From NCBI RefSeq assembly GCF_006345805.1, contig NC_042997.1:156426001-156490000 (forward strand): DNA of 64,000 bases, in the 5' to 3' direction. This DNA comes from Octopus sinensis (Eukaryota). Below are positions 1-11,339 of the stretch, one piece after another. Positions within the stretch are counted from its first letter, which is position 1; each line of letters begins with the position of its first letter. A program made the translations under genes and the position numbers. The notes below the pieces were generated by a model, which was given only the letters and a program-made list of their open reading frames with translations, was not told where the DNA came from and did no database searches.

Positions 1-427
1 ACAAGTCTGTGAAGATGAAGTGAACCAGAAGTAAAGAGTCAGTGATATCAACAGCTGAGGGGCCCTACAGAAAGAGCAGGAATGAGGGAGGTCACATGGG
101 CATAAGTTGGATCAGTGTGGGCCCCTTTGCTTCAGGACACTCACAGTGGATGGATGCATGTGGCCATTACAAGCTAGAGGGATTTTGCAGTTAGGTTCTA
201 ACTGGAGCTTAGGTAGGGCACTTTTGGATGTAACCTAGCTGGAAAGACGATGCTGCAAGAGAACCTGAGAGGTAGGTGAATCACATTCATTTCTCATACT
301 ACAATGTCAAAACATGCCAACAAACCTGGATGTGCTTTTGTGGTGGGCTACAAGAAAGTGACATTGTTAGCAAAGCCATTATTTACAATCAATGAGTAAA
401 CATGTATAGACAAGGAAATATGCACTC

Positions 428-434
<7 letters not shown>

Positions 435-476
<42 letters not shown>

Positions 477-496
477 ACACACACACACACACACAC
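435..496. repeat. (CA)n microsatellite
   Basis: Near-perfect CA run. Confidence 0.97.
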
Positions 497-504
497 GTGA
501 GCAT

Positions 505-675
505 ATGATTGGCTCCTTTCAGTTTCCATCTACCAAAATCCACTTAAAAGACTATGCCCAGCCTGGGACTATGATAGAAGACACTTGCCTAAGGTGCTAC
601 ACAGTGGAACTAAACTTAAAACCATGTGATTGAAAAGCAAACTTCTTAATCACCTCACAGCCACACTTGTGCCTA
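505..675 (-). mobile_element. SINE family B (tRNA head plus CORE-like domain, OR2-like), 5' part, diverged
   Basis: Reverse complement matches the head of the fuller copies at 46887 and 48268 (gaagacacttgcc-aaggtg motif). Confidence 0.8.
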
Positions 676-954
676 ATTGAAACATTATTTCAATTCTGTT
701 AAGCACAATGAAAGGACATTTATTGAAAGTTAAGTCTGTATAAGTTAGTTGCCACTCTGAACATGTGTGTGCATTTGTGTGTAAACCTTTCTGATGTCAC
801 ATGGACTGATACAGCAACATCATTGCTCAGTGAAAACTGTGCAGGAACAAAAGCCTCCCCTCAAGCTGCAGATCAAAGAGATGGATTCTTTTGTGTGTAT
901 GAGGAGTTGAGAATATCCAAGCAAATCTTATATGAGAGAAGTACATTATGCCAG

Positions 955-1240
955 TGAAGCACATAGCCTGGTGGTCAGAGTGTTTAGCTTGTGGTCATAA
1001 AGTCATGGGTTCAAATCCTGGACTGAGCACTGAGTTGTATTCTTGAGCAAAGTACTTCATTTCACATTGCTTAAATATACCCAGCTGTAAACAAATACCT
1101 ATTTTTTTACTACCCACAAGGGGCTAAACACAGAGAGGTCAAACAAGGACAGACAAACAGATTAAGTCGATTATATCGACCCCAGTGCGTAACTGGTACT
1201 TAATTTATCAACCCTGAAAGGATGAATTTGAACTCAGAAC
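955..1240. mobile_element. SINE family C head (+) abutting a SINE family A 3' fragment (-)
   Basis: A/B-box-like head tagcctggtgg...gggttcaaatcc and ttcttgagcaaag-acttcatttcac, then the reverse-strand family A tail acccacaaggggctaaac. Confidence 0.75.
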
Positions 1241-1489
1241 CAGCTCTCTCCAGCTGTTACATCTTGGATATGCCACTGGTGTCACTGGCGAATGGTGGAA
1301 GGAAGGAGCCTGTATATGTCTACTTACAACTACATAAGCAACTAAAGCAATTAGTGAAACTATGGTACCCATACTTACTCATCAGTGACAGCTGGCTGTA
1401 TTTATTGTATTGTACTGTTTGACATACAGCTTCTTCTTGCTCCACTTTACAAACAAACTGAAGGTGAACCAGGACATGCAAATGAGTAT

Positions 1490-1722
1490 CTATTTCTTTA
1501 CTACCCACAAGGGGCTAAACACAGAGAAGACAAACAAGGACAGACAAATGGATTAAGTCGATTACATCGACCCCAGTGTGTAACTGATACTTATTTAATC
1601 GACCCCGAAAGGATGAAAGGCAAAGTCAACCTCGGCGAAATTTGAACTCAGAATGTAGCGGCAGACAAAATACCGTTAAGCATTTCGCCCGGCGTGCTAA
1701 TGTTTCTGCCAGCTCACCGCCT
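1490..1722 (-). mobile_element. Full-length SINE family A (tRNA-derived, Meta/MESC-like central domain; probably one of the octopus OK/OR families) with 18-bp TSD
   Basis: TSD ggacatgcaaatgagtat at 1472-1489 and 1723-1740; body matches the copies at 11874, 12552 and 41592. Confidence 0.93.
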
Positions 1723-1829
1723 GGACATGCAAATGAGTATTATGTTAACAATGATTTTTGAGGAATATGCTTCAATAGAGTTTTTATTTGAAGAAGAGAA
1801 AACAGACTTTACAGTATTGCTAGGAAGAT

Positions 1830-2030
1830 ATTGCTATTTATCTCCAGATGAACCTTAATCAAGCAAACTTGTAATCAAAGACATTCCACTCATGACCAAT
1901 ACTTCTTTTCTAGAGGCATGTCTATGCATATCTTAATGCGTTCTTTTGTAATCTGTATGAGAGAATAATTTGCAGGAGATAAGGATTTGACAGCTATTTC
2001 TGGCAGGTTGGTGATTAACTAAAGGTGTGC
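1830..2030 (+). repeat. Ancient interspersed repeat fragment (also ~3540-3750, ~21365-21550, ~31085-31160/31530-31615, and 45200-45400 on the minus strand)
   Basis: Shared degenerate motifs gatcaaag-cattcca---tgacc and gctatttctagcagg---tgacca recur at these sites. Confidence 0.55.
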
Positions 2031-2230
2031 TCACTCGGCAGATTAGCATGTAGATTAACATCTTTAATATCAAATGGAATCAGCTTGTCTATATGCTTCC
2101 TGTATCTTTTTCACAAAATGCAGACCTGGGCTAGCTGACATTAGACATGTGCTAGAATAGATATAACTGCAGTAGGAAGTTATTTCAAGAGGATAATTTC
2201 TTGCTTGATTAAATAAACTTCAAAATGCAT

Positions 2231-2286
2231 CTATTTACAGAAACAACGTATATTGATGTGCTAATGTATGTTGTTTCTGTGTATAG
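2231..2286 (+). ncRNA. Candidate pre-miRNA-like hairpin
   Basis: 18-bp uninterrupted stem (2237-2254/2263-2280) with two G:U pairs, extendable to about 24-26 bp; 8-nt loop containing UGUG. Confidence 0.3.
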
Positions 2287-2499
2287 ATTCTGTGTATATG
2301 ATGGTAAAATGTCAGAAACAATATTTGCAACAGTTGGGCTAATATACCTGTTGCCTGGTTTAACATTGCCATGGGTGATTTCAACAGAATCCACTCTGTT
2401 ATAAACATCTGAGTCAGGTCTCAAGTTTGGGAATAATTTATCTTTTTCCTCTCACCACTCTCAGTGGCAGTGAAATGTGAGCACTGCTCTAGTACCTTT

Positions 2500-2876
2500 G
2501 ACATAGTTGCTTCTCAACCATGTGGTCTTGGGTTCAGTTTCACAGGGCAGCACTTTGAGCAAGTGTCTTCTACTATAGCCCTGAGCTGTCCAAAGCCTTG
2601 TGAGTAGATATGGTAGATGGAAGCTGAAAAGAACCTGTCATGTGTATGTGTACCCTTGTCTAGACATCACATGATGGTTGTAAATGAGCATCATTGTCAT
2701 ACAAGCAAGGTTGTTTGCTTCCAGTCTTCCATGGAAAACATGTCTGGCCATGGAGAAATATCCTCTTGCTTGGAAAAAGACAAAGGTTGGCAACAAGAAA
2801 AGTATCCAGCTGTAGAAACTCTTCCTCAACATATTCCATGTGACCCATGCAAGCATGACAAAGTGGACATTAAATG
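2500..2876 (+). mobile_element. SINE with family B head and RTE-type 3' tail
   Basis: CORE-like head, then ...tatccagctgtagaaactc...acccatgcaagcatg...gacattaaatg, which is shared with the RTE 3' end. Confidence 0.75.
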
Positions 2877-3494
2877 CTTGAGAAGACTCGGCAAGTGCAA
2901 GTGAGACCATAACCTCGTAGCCTATGCCAGAGGTGTAACCAGTCCACTTATGTGTGCCTTTCTTTCATTGGACACTAAACTCTGCTTGCGAAGACCTGTT
3001 GAGGCAAGTGAAATCGAAATCGAAATCAAATTCGATGACTGGCATCCATGCTAGTGGAGCGCTAAGAGTACCATACGAGGAAGATCATTGCCAGAGCAAC
3101 AAGCTGGCCTCCGTGCCAATGGCACGTTAAAAACATCACTCGAGCGTGATCATTACCTGTGTCGCCTTACTAGCACTTGTGCTGGTGGCATGCGAAATAA
3201 ACATTTGAGCAAGGTCGTTGCCAGTGCTGCTGGACTGGCTCCTGTGCAGGTGGCACATAAAAAGCACCATTTGCGCGTGGCTGTTACCAGTACCACCTAA
3301 CTGGCCCTCATGCCGGTGGCATGTAAAAGCACGCACTACACTCACAGCGTTAGGGGGGCCATCCAGCTGTAGAAACTCTGCCAGATCAGATTGGAGTCAG
3401 GTGCAGCCATCTTGTTCGCCAGACCTCAGTCAAATTGTCCAACCCATGCTAGCATGGAAAGCAGACGTTAAACGATGATGATGATGATGATGAT
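2877..3494 (+). mobile_element. Native RTE LINE, 5'-truncated 3' UTR with (GAT)n tail
   Basis: Continues the sequence that follows the RTE ORF at ~20760; tandem gtgccggtggcac subunits; ends gacgttaaacgatgatgat. Confidence 0.88.
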
Positions 3495-3869
3495 TATACT
3501 ACATCAACAAATGATTAATTGAGTCCAAGTCCCTATGGACATTATCAATGCTTAGCCCCAAGCCATCCCTGATAGAACAGATATACGATCAAAGGTGTTT
3601 GAATAATTACCATACTGTCTTGTAAATAACAGTGTCATTGTACAGTGTGACCTGATATTTCATACAGTGGATTCAGTGGGATGTGTTTTGAGGAAAATTC
3701 ATCTGCTATTTTTAGCATTCAAATGACCATGTAGAAGCCTCTTTGGCTCTGGACGTTACTGAGGAAGGCAGTAGAAACTGCCTTCCTGTTCAACTTATTT
3801 GATGTATATTTGGAAGATCAAGGAGAAATGTGGAACTAACAGCCAATTTGGGACACCAACCAAGGTACT

Positions 3870-4071
3870 ATGTGTGGGTACTGGTACCATGTCAAAATCA
3901 CTGGTGATGGTGCCACAGTACACTGTGGAATGATTGGCATTAAGAAGGGCATTAAGAAGGGCATTCAGCCATAGAAACCAAGCCAAAACAGACTATGGAA
4001 CCTGGTGCAGCCCCTGGCCTTACCATTTCCTGTCAAGGCAAGCATGGAAAACAGACATTAGATGATGATGA
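3870..4071 (+). mobile_element. RTE 3' end fragment, diverged
   Basis: ttggcattaagaagggcattcagccatagaaac motif (with a 13-bp internal duplication) and gatgatgatg tail. Confidence 0.75.
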
Positions 4072-4229
4072 AAGCAAGGTAGCAGAAAGACAGAAAGGAA
4101 AAGGACTATGGTGATATTCATATACTGGGAGTAGTTTAACTGACTGTTAGTGGTGCCTCCCAGATTTCTTTGAGCACAAAGCCTGCTGAGAACCCTGAAA
4201 GAATTTTCTTAGTGTTGATTGTGCTTTAA

Positions 4230-4452
4230 CCCTTTAGCATTAAAACTGGTCATATCAGGCCAAAATATTCTACCTGTTTTATATTCAAACTAGCAAGAAC
4301 TGGCTTCTCTCACCTACCCTACAATGTCATTCTAAAAATAAACAATTACATAATTGCAGTTGCAAAAGTACAAGATAATGAATAAATAATTAAAAGCAAT
4401 GTGGATAAAAAAGCATTGCATTTTGACAGAATAATCTGAAAATGCCAGAGGG
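4230..4452 (+). mobile_element. piggyBac-like MITE
   Basis: TTAA at 4226-4229 and 4453-4456; TIRs CCCTTTAGCATT / AATGCCAGAGGG (10/12 match). Confidence 0.8.
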
Positions 4453-4512
4453 TTAAGGGTGGATGACAACGTAGTCCTGATGAGAGTAGTAATGCCTGAG
4501 TATTTTTAGCTT

Positions 4513-4730
4513 TGGTGGTGGTGGTGGTGGTGGTGGTGGTGGTGGTGGTGAGAAGAAGTGGTGATGAGGGAAGAAGAGGGGAAGAATAGGAGGAAGAGAC
4601 AAAGAAGAGAACAAGAGGAGGGGAGAGGAGAAGAAGAAGAAGAAGAAGAAGAAGAAGAAGAAGAAGAAGAAGAAGAAGAAGAAGAACAGCAACAACAACA
4701 ACAACAACACCAACAACAACAAGAAGACCA
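4513..4730. repeat. Compound trinucleotide tract (GGT)n, purine-rich spacer, (GAA)n(CAA)n
   Basis: Directly visible; explains the polyE/Q/H/S ORFs. Confidence 0.95.
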
Positions 4731-5329
4731 TGAGTGCAACTATAATAACCAGGAATGTTCTATTACTACACCTCTTCTTTTCTCTATCTTGACATTTTCA
4801 CAATCTGTCTTATTTCTCTGCGATTTCTCTTATCATTAAAGGGTTTGTCTTCAATAAGATAGGAAGTTGCAGATGGACAATTTCTCTACCCTGAAGTAGC
4901 AGATAAAGCAACCGAACTTCAAGATGTTTGTTTATTCAATTCAGACTTTAAACTTCAAGAAAGAGAAATTTTGCTGACAATAAATGTTAGGATGTAACAG
5001 ATGTTATTCGGTTTAATGAGTGATAATTTAGATGTAAAATACAGAGTGATGTTAAATGTAAGCAATTAAAAGTAGGAAATTTCAAGAATAGAATAATGTA
5101 ATAACTTCTTTTTCTTTTCTTTTTTTTTTTTGTTTTATTCTATTGTTAAAACTATTTCACATTTAAGAGAATTTATAATTAACAGCTTAATTTTAGAATG
5201 AAAATTTTCAATACAGCAGCAAATTGTCAGAGCTGTTAAAGGAATGTCTGATGGAACGGTTAATCCACATTACTCCATAGGGAGTGTAGGGTCAGTTTCT
5301 CAGTTTTCCTGACATATATATTCCTTCCT

Positions 5330-5434
5330 GGAGAGGATGCTAGTCTTTTGCAGGGTTACTCATTTTTATCAGCTGAGTGGACTGGATCAATGTGAAATGA
5401 AGTGTTTTGCTCAAGAACACAACCCATCACCCAG

Positions 5435-5478
<44 letters not shown>

Positions 5479-5620
5479 GTCATCATTGTTTAACATTCAC
5501 CTTCCATGCTGGCATGGGTTGGACAGTTTGTAAGGAGTTGGCTAAGCAGGAGCCTGCACCAGACTTCTGTATCTGTTTTTGGCATGTTTTTTTACAGTTG
5601 GAGTGCCCTTTCTAACATCA
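5330..5620 (-). mobile_element. SINE family C fragment plus RTE 3' end with (CAT)n tail
   Basis: cagctgagtggactgg...gctcaagaacacaac matches the reverse of 32185-32235; (CAT)n at 5435-5487 is followed by the reverse RTE terminus. Confidence 0.8.
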
Positions 5621-5967
5621 ACCACCCAGCAGGGTGGACAAGAGTCAAGAAATCAAAACCACAGTCTTAATATCATGAGTCCAACACCCTAATTACTAAG
5701 TTATGCACCTCCACTGTCAGATAGAATATTTTGTGTTTTTACTCTGTACACTCTTAAGTTTAAATCCTGACAAGGTTGACATTACCTTTCATAATTTTGG
5801 TGGTCAATACCAAAAATCTATCAATCAAGGGCAGGAGATTGGTAGAACTGTAAGAATATTGGACCAAACTGTTACGTTATTTGTTCCATCTCGTTGAGTA
5901 ATAATGCCATGGCTTGCTTGGATGGTAGACCTAATTCATCACTCAGTTTAAGACTTCCATCTGGTAC

Positions 5968-6051
5968 CTTGATTGCCTGTAAAGGAATCCATCCTGTTGG
6001 AAGTATCCAGGCCAGATTTCCATTTTGAGGATACCAGTTTCCTTGGAGACC
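5968..6051 (-). other. Candidate 84-nt exon of an unidentified gene
   Basis: Acceptor aactctttacag|G, donor AAG|gtacca; length is a multiple of 3 and all three frames are open; no recognisable protein. Confidence 0.2.
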
Positions 6052-6389
6052 CTGTAAAGAGTTATGAGCATTGTCTTGTGTTCCAGCATGGCCACTGTTC
6101 AATGACTAAAACAAATAAAAGAGTAAATAGATAGATACATGACAGCAACTCAATCTCCTATCACTGGACATCCCATGGCAGGGAAAGTGGGCTTTGGACA
6201 GTGCTATCTTAACATATAGAACCATTATAGGCTCAAAGACCTATAATGTTAAAACAGCCGTACTTTTGAGGTTCATCTAACAGTGATAGCCCTCCAATGT
6301 CAGACAAAGCAACAACATCAATTAGAGCAACATCACAGTTTAATCAATGCCAAAAACAAGTACACCATGCACAAATCAGGATAAAAATA

Positions 6390-6429
<40 letters not shown>

Positions 6430-6713
6430 AAGTCATTGTTGTGGTCAATGACAGTACTGCCTGATTGGCACCCATGCTGGTGGCATGCAAAACTTTCTGC
6501 ATTGTTAGAAGCTTTCTTATTTTCTTTTTCCTTTTCCTTCTTTGGTACTACAATGCTTCAAGTGAACTATAATGCTCTTGTGTCTTTCTTTACTTATTAC
6601 ATGTAACTTTAAAAATGAGAAATAACAAGGAATGCAACTACAAGAGTTAAAGCTTACAAAAGTGTTGGCAGCTGAAGTGAAGTAAATTCACAGATTTTCT
6701 TTGCAATATCTAG

Positions 6714-6933
6714 CCCTTTAGCATTCAGATTACCCTGTCAAGTGTTATGCTTATTTATCCACATTAATATGAGTTAGTCATGCATAATCTTGTAGCTTCA
6801 AGATTTCAATGGTGCAATTGTTTATTTTTGGAATAACATGGTGAAGTAGGGTTGAGAGGTTGGACCTGGCCAATTTCAACACAAAACAGGTAGAATGATT
6901 GAGACAGATATGACCAGTTTAAATGCAAAAGGG
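6714..6933 (-). mobile_element. piggyBac-like MITE, same family as 4230-4452, opposite orientation
   Basis: Ends CCCTTTAGCATT ... AATGCAAAAGGG|TTAA; the interior is the reverse complement of the 4230 copy; the left target site has decayed to ctag. Confidence 0.78.
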
Positions 6934-6990
6934 TTAAGGGATGCTCACACACAAATAAACTGCATTTTAAAAGAATATTACATATTTCTG

Positions 6991-7047
<57 letters not shown>
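6991..7047. repeat. (CTA)n/(CCA) microsatellite
   Basis: Directly visible. Confidence 0.95.
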
Positions 7048-7289
7048 TCTTATCACACACCACTCTCTCATCATCAAGATATCTATGTAAAAGCAATTAC
7101 ATCAGATCTTCAGCCAGTGAACCCACCTATCAGTCTTTCCATGCCATCTCCATCAGGTCATTATTATTGTCATCCATCACTCTCTCCTAATATTGACTAT
7201 CTCTAATATTATCCATAATTTAATCTCTTGATCACACTCTCTAATGCTAGAATCATGATAAAATGCACTCAGCACTCCATCAAATGCCA

Positions 7290-8112
7290 GTAGGGTTAAC
7301 TAGAAGTAGTTGATAGCTTTCCATATCCAAGTGACCAAGTCAGCAGTGGAGGGGGATGGTCTGAGAGCATAGCTGCTAGAATAAGAATAGGCTGGGTAAA
7401 GTTCAGAGAGTTTCTACTTTTGTTGGCAACAAAGAGCTTCTCCCTCAGAGTGAAAGGCATATTGTGTGATGCCTGTGTGTGAACAGCCATGCTACATGGC
7501 AGTGAAATATGGGCTGTGATGTTAGAGGACATGTGAAGGCTTGAAAGAAATGAAGCTAGTATGCACTGCTGGATGTGCAATGTCAGTGGGCATATATGAG
7601 TGTAAGTATCTTGAGAAAAAAATTGGGCACAAGAGGCATCAGATGTGGTAGGCAAGAGAGCCATCTGTGCTGGTATAGTCATGTGATATGTATGGATAAG
7701 GACAGTTGTGTAAAGAAGTGTCAGTCTCTAACTGTGAAGGGAACATGTGGAAGAGGTAGACTAGGAAGACATGGGACAAGGTGGTGAAGCATGTAGCATC
7801 TGATGGAGGCAATGACAAGTGATCGTGACCTTTGGTGATTTACTGTGGTTGAGAAGGCTTGTCAAGTCAAGTGAAATCATAGTTGTGAGTGGTGCTGGTA
7901 ACACATAAAAGCACCTGTACTGGTGACACGTAAAAGGGACCCACTACACTCTTGGAGTGGTTGGTGTTAGGAAGGGCATCCAGCTGCAGACACAAGACCA
8001 AATTCAGATTGGAACTGCAGCTATCTGGCTTACTAGTTCCATTCAAGCCATCCAACCCATGCCAGTATAGAAAGCAGATGTTAAATGATGACGATGATGA
8101 TGATGATGATAC
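7290..8112 (+). mobile_element. Native RTE LINE fragment: decayed C-terminal ORF plus shortened 3' UTR and (GAT)n
   Basis: Homologous to 20200-20800 (gctagaataagaataggctgggtaaagttcagagag; atgctgctggatgtgcaatgtcagt). Confidence 0.88.
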
Positions 8113-9385
8113 ACTTGCTAAAGAAGATAATAAATGAGCAAAACAACACAGGGCTGGCAGGACCTTTTATTCTGGTTTTGGACATGATAACCTTTTTAGT
8201 GTTGGTATTATGATAAAATGCACCTAATACACTCTATTTAGTGGTTGGTGTTAGGAAAGGAATCCAATTATAGAGACCATGTCAAAAATGGAGTGTGTAA
8301 ATGGGATGTAGTCCTCCGACTTAAGGAAGGCAGTCACTCTGAATAAGAAGTGACTTGGAATGTGACAATTCACCCAACAAATGAAGAGCAAATGTAACAA
8401 TGACAATGATGATATAACTATCTGAGCCACATCGATACTTCCTCCCAAAACTACATAATTATTATAACATCTATGATAATTCTAAATTAATACTTATGTC
8501 AAGTAACATGTATATCATACAAATCGTAACTTGTCTTTAAAATGACAATATATATTATTAAATGTGACGCCTAATTGATTTTTCAAGTTTCTACAAAGCA
8601 GAGTATTTGGAAATCTTCATCACTCTTACTAGAAAGTAAAAAGGGTCAAATAATCAAGTCCCATATAACAGGTAACATTTTAACCAATCACCAGTTTTCA
8701 TTTGTTCCCTTGGCCAATGGGAAAACAGTATTCCAGCAGCTTTTTCAGTTATATAAAGCAAAACTGAAAAGAAGAATCCTTCCTTTTTCTTGGCAAAACA
8801 CATCTGTTATAACTATTTGTTTTTCTCTTCTCTTCAGCTGATATCAGTATTATAGGAACCAACAAAATCTCATTTCCTTCATATAGGACTCTCTTGTCCA
8901 TTAGTTTTAAATAACAAGATATGTTTAAGCTGAATGAGAAATCACTTCAGCACACCTCATTTCCTGTAACTTTCCCTTTACTATGTTGTTTTCTTTTCTA
9001 TTTATCTCATTATAATTATCCACTCTCATTATGTGTGACATCCAAAAGGAACTTTCATTCAAGAACATATTTATAATGTTAGTTCTACAACTTTAAGTAA
9101 TATAATTCACTTTACAAACATAAACATAACTATTTCCAAAAAAATCTATACAAACTTTGCTTTTATTAATGTTATAATTTGAAATCTAGAAGAAACATCT
9201 GCTGTTTAACAACTTTGAACTGTTGTTTTAAAAGCCAAAAAAGAGGTTTATATCTTAATTGGTATGTAGAAAATATACAGAACTATTGTAATTAACTTAT
9301 TATAGTTGCTATCTCTGAAGATCTTAATTTTTCTTGCAAAACTTGATAATAATAAATCAAAGGCTTTATACATTAGAAACAGTAG

Positions 9386-9440
9386 ATGAGATAGATAGAT
9401 AGATAGATAGATAGAGAGAGAGAGCGAGAGAGAGAGAGGG
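9386..9440. repeat. (ATAG)n/(AG)n microsatellite
   Basis: Directly visible. Confidence 0.92.
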
Positions 9441-10086
9441 AGATGCTGTAGAAATGTATTTGTATTTGGTCTACTGATCGTGTGTTCAGCCTTCTTGTGA
9501 TGCTATGCATTTACAAATACCGAATAATTTACTGAGCATTAAGGTCAACCTTCAAAATGTAGTTCTCAGTGATATTTGATATGATGGCCTGACACACCTG
9601 TCATGGCAATTTGTAGAATTTGTGAAAGATTTGTCTCAAGTTTCCAAAGAGAAATTGAGAAATTGAAAGATGAAAAGTTACATTAAAGATGAAAGGTTGC
9701 ATATATTATTTAGATTTGGTCTCAATACCCATAAAAATGAGAACCATATTGATTCAGATACCTGCAGCAATCAGCAGTAGATTATTAAATGAGATGAATA
9801 TTTAACAGTTGCATGTGACAGAGTCATTGTATAATACATTTCTGTTTGAGCTTATGTTTAGGCTGACAAAAAAAAAAAATCAGTATTCTTTATGCTGTGT
9901 CCCATAACATTTGGCACTCTGATAGAGATCAATAAAATAAATATCAGGCTGAAAATCTGAGGTACAGAGGTTGATATGATTGATTAAGTCTCAGAAAGAG
10001 TCGCTCCAATATGGCTGCAGTCCAATGACTAAAACAAATAGAAGAATAGAAAAAGAATAGAAAAATACATTGTTATGTTTATTTTA

Positions 10087-11339
10087 TTGTGTTGAGTCAA
10101 ACTTTTGCAATATTTTGGTAAATTATTTGCTTTATTCATCAAATTACATCAAATGTAGCCTAGCATTCAAAGTAGAGGCCATCATGTTGCACTGTCTGAA
10201 GCTACCTTTCTGCAATTCTTGCCCATTGAGGTAAAGAACTCTTTCATTGAAGTTTCCACCTCCTCTTGGTTGATGAAACATCGCATGTGCCGGAAATGAG
10301 ACATGGATCAGCACAAGTAATAATCCAAGGGAGCTAGATCCAGACCATATGCTAGGTGTAGCTTCATTTCAATTTCCTCAAGTTCTTGGAGTTTATTCCT
10401 GGCCAGTCAAGTGGTATGAGGTCTTCGATTGTCTTGCTGCAGAAGTACTTGCTTTTTGTTAGCCCATCGAAAGTGCTTTGGATTGCAGGACAGCCTGCTG
10501 TGCTTGAGGAGACCTATTGAGTCAAGTACATCAACATCAAAAAATCAAATGGAAATTGTAGTTGTGATACCTGTGCCGGTGGCATGTAAAAAGCACCATC
10601 CGTATGTGGCTGATGCCAGCACCACCTTGACTGGCTTCCATGCCGGTGGCACATAAAAAGCACCAACCGATCGCAGCCATTGCCAGCCTCGTCTGGCACC
10701 TGTGCCGGTGGCATGTAAAAAGTACCCACTACACTCACAGGGTGGTTGGCATTAGGAAGGACATCCAGCTGTAGAAACACTGCCAGATCAGACTGAAGCC
10801 TGGTGCAGCCTTCTGGCTTCCCAGACCCTGGTCGAACTGTCTAACCCATGCTAGCATGGAAAACGGACGTTAAACGATGATGATGATGATGATGATGAAT
10901 ACCAGGTATTTTTGCCACACATTGGCATACATCAATGGTTCAGCCATCGGGAACAAACTCACAGGGAATTATCCCTGCATAATTCCATCAGATACAGAGC
11001 ATCATCTTGTGTATGAAATGCTCATGTTTGGTGACAGGTTCCAGAAACTGGCCCTTGCTTAACCACTACTTATGCATGTTAGGATTGCAGAAAAATACCT
11101 CCTCTGGATTGTTACTTGCTCTGATCCATAGCTCACTTCCTGCACTTGCAATGCTTCATCAGCCATGAGGAGGTGAAAGCTTCAGTGAAGGAATTCTTTG
11201 CCTTGAAGGACAAGTACTGGTATCAGCATAGGGCCAAAGAACTGGCAGAAAGGTGGCTTCAGAATGCTGCTTTTGTTGTAATTTGATAAATAAAGTAAAT
11301 AAGTTACCAAAATATTGCAAAACTTTTGACTCAACACAA
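10087..11339 (-). mobile_element. Rearranged mariner: minus-strand transposase remnant whose 5' half is replaced by an inverted copy of the 3' end
   Basis: TA|ttgtgttgagtcaaa...tttgactcaacacaa|TA. Minus strand reads KMMLCI*WNYAGII and LLQQDNRRPH...GLDLAPLDYYL. Plus strand 11100-11260 reads PLDCYLL*SIAHFL...KEFFALKDKYWYQH...ELAERWLQ. Confidence 0.85.
10494..10898 (+). mobile_element. RTE 3' UTR fragment nested in the mariner
   Basis: Tandem gtgccggtggc units, standard terminus and (GAT)n; interrupts the transposase remnant. Confidence 0.9.

Noticed and set aside
1-290. GC-richer segment with an aggggccc/gggcccct 8-bp stem, possibly an HDV-like ribozyme or retroelement 5' UTR
   Set aside because: There is no L3, P1.1 or P2 match and the segment is truncated by the window edge; it cannot be assigned.
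2209-2424. 71-aa minus-strand ORF overlapping the hairpin
   Set aside because: The length is within chance expectation for six frames of 64 kb; the acceptor is weak and there is no motif.
4453-4839. PolyE/Q/H/S/F ORFs, and similar HT/CV/YI/polyM ORFs at 14331-14570, 15524-15727, 16386-17077 and 30385-30798
   Set aside because: They are translations of microsatellites that lack stop codons; there is no coding evidence.
4863-4997. Protein-like frame EVADGQFLYPEVADKATELQDVCLFNSDFKLQERE with many G-initial codons
   Set aside because: It is preceded by an in-frame TAG with a purine-rich acceptor context, is only 44 codons long, and has no recognisable homology.
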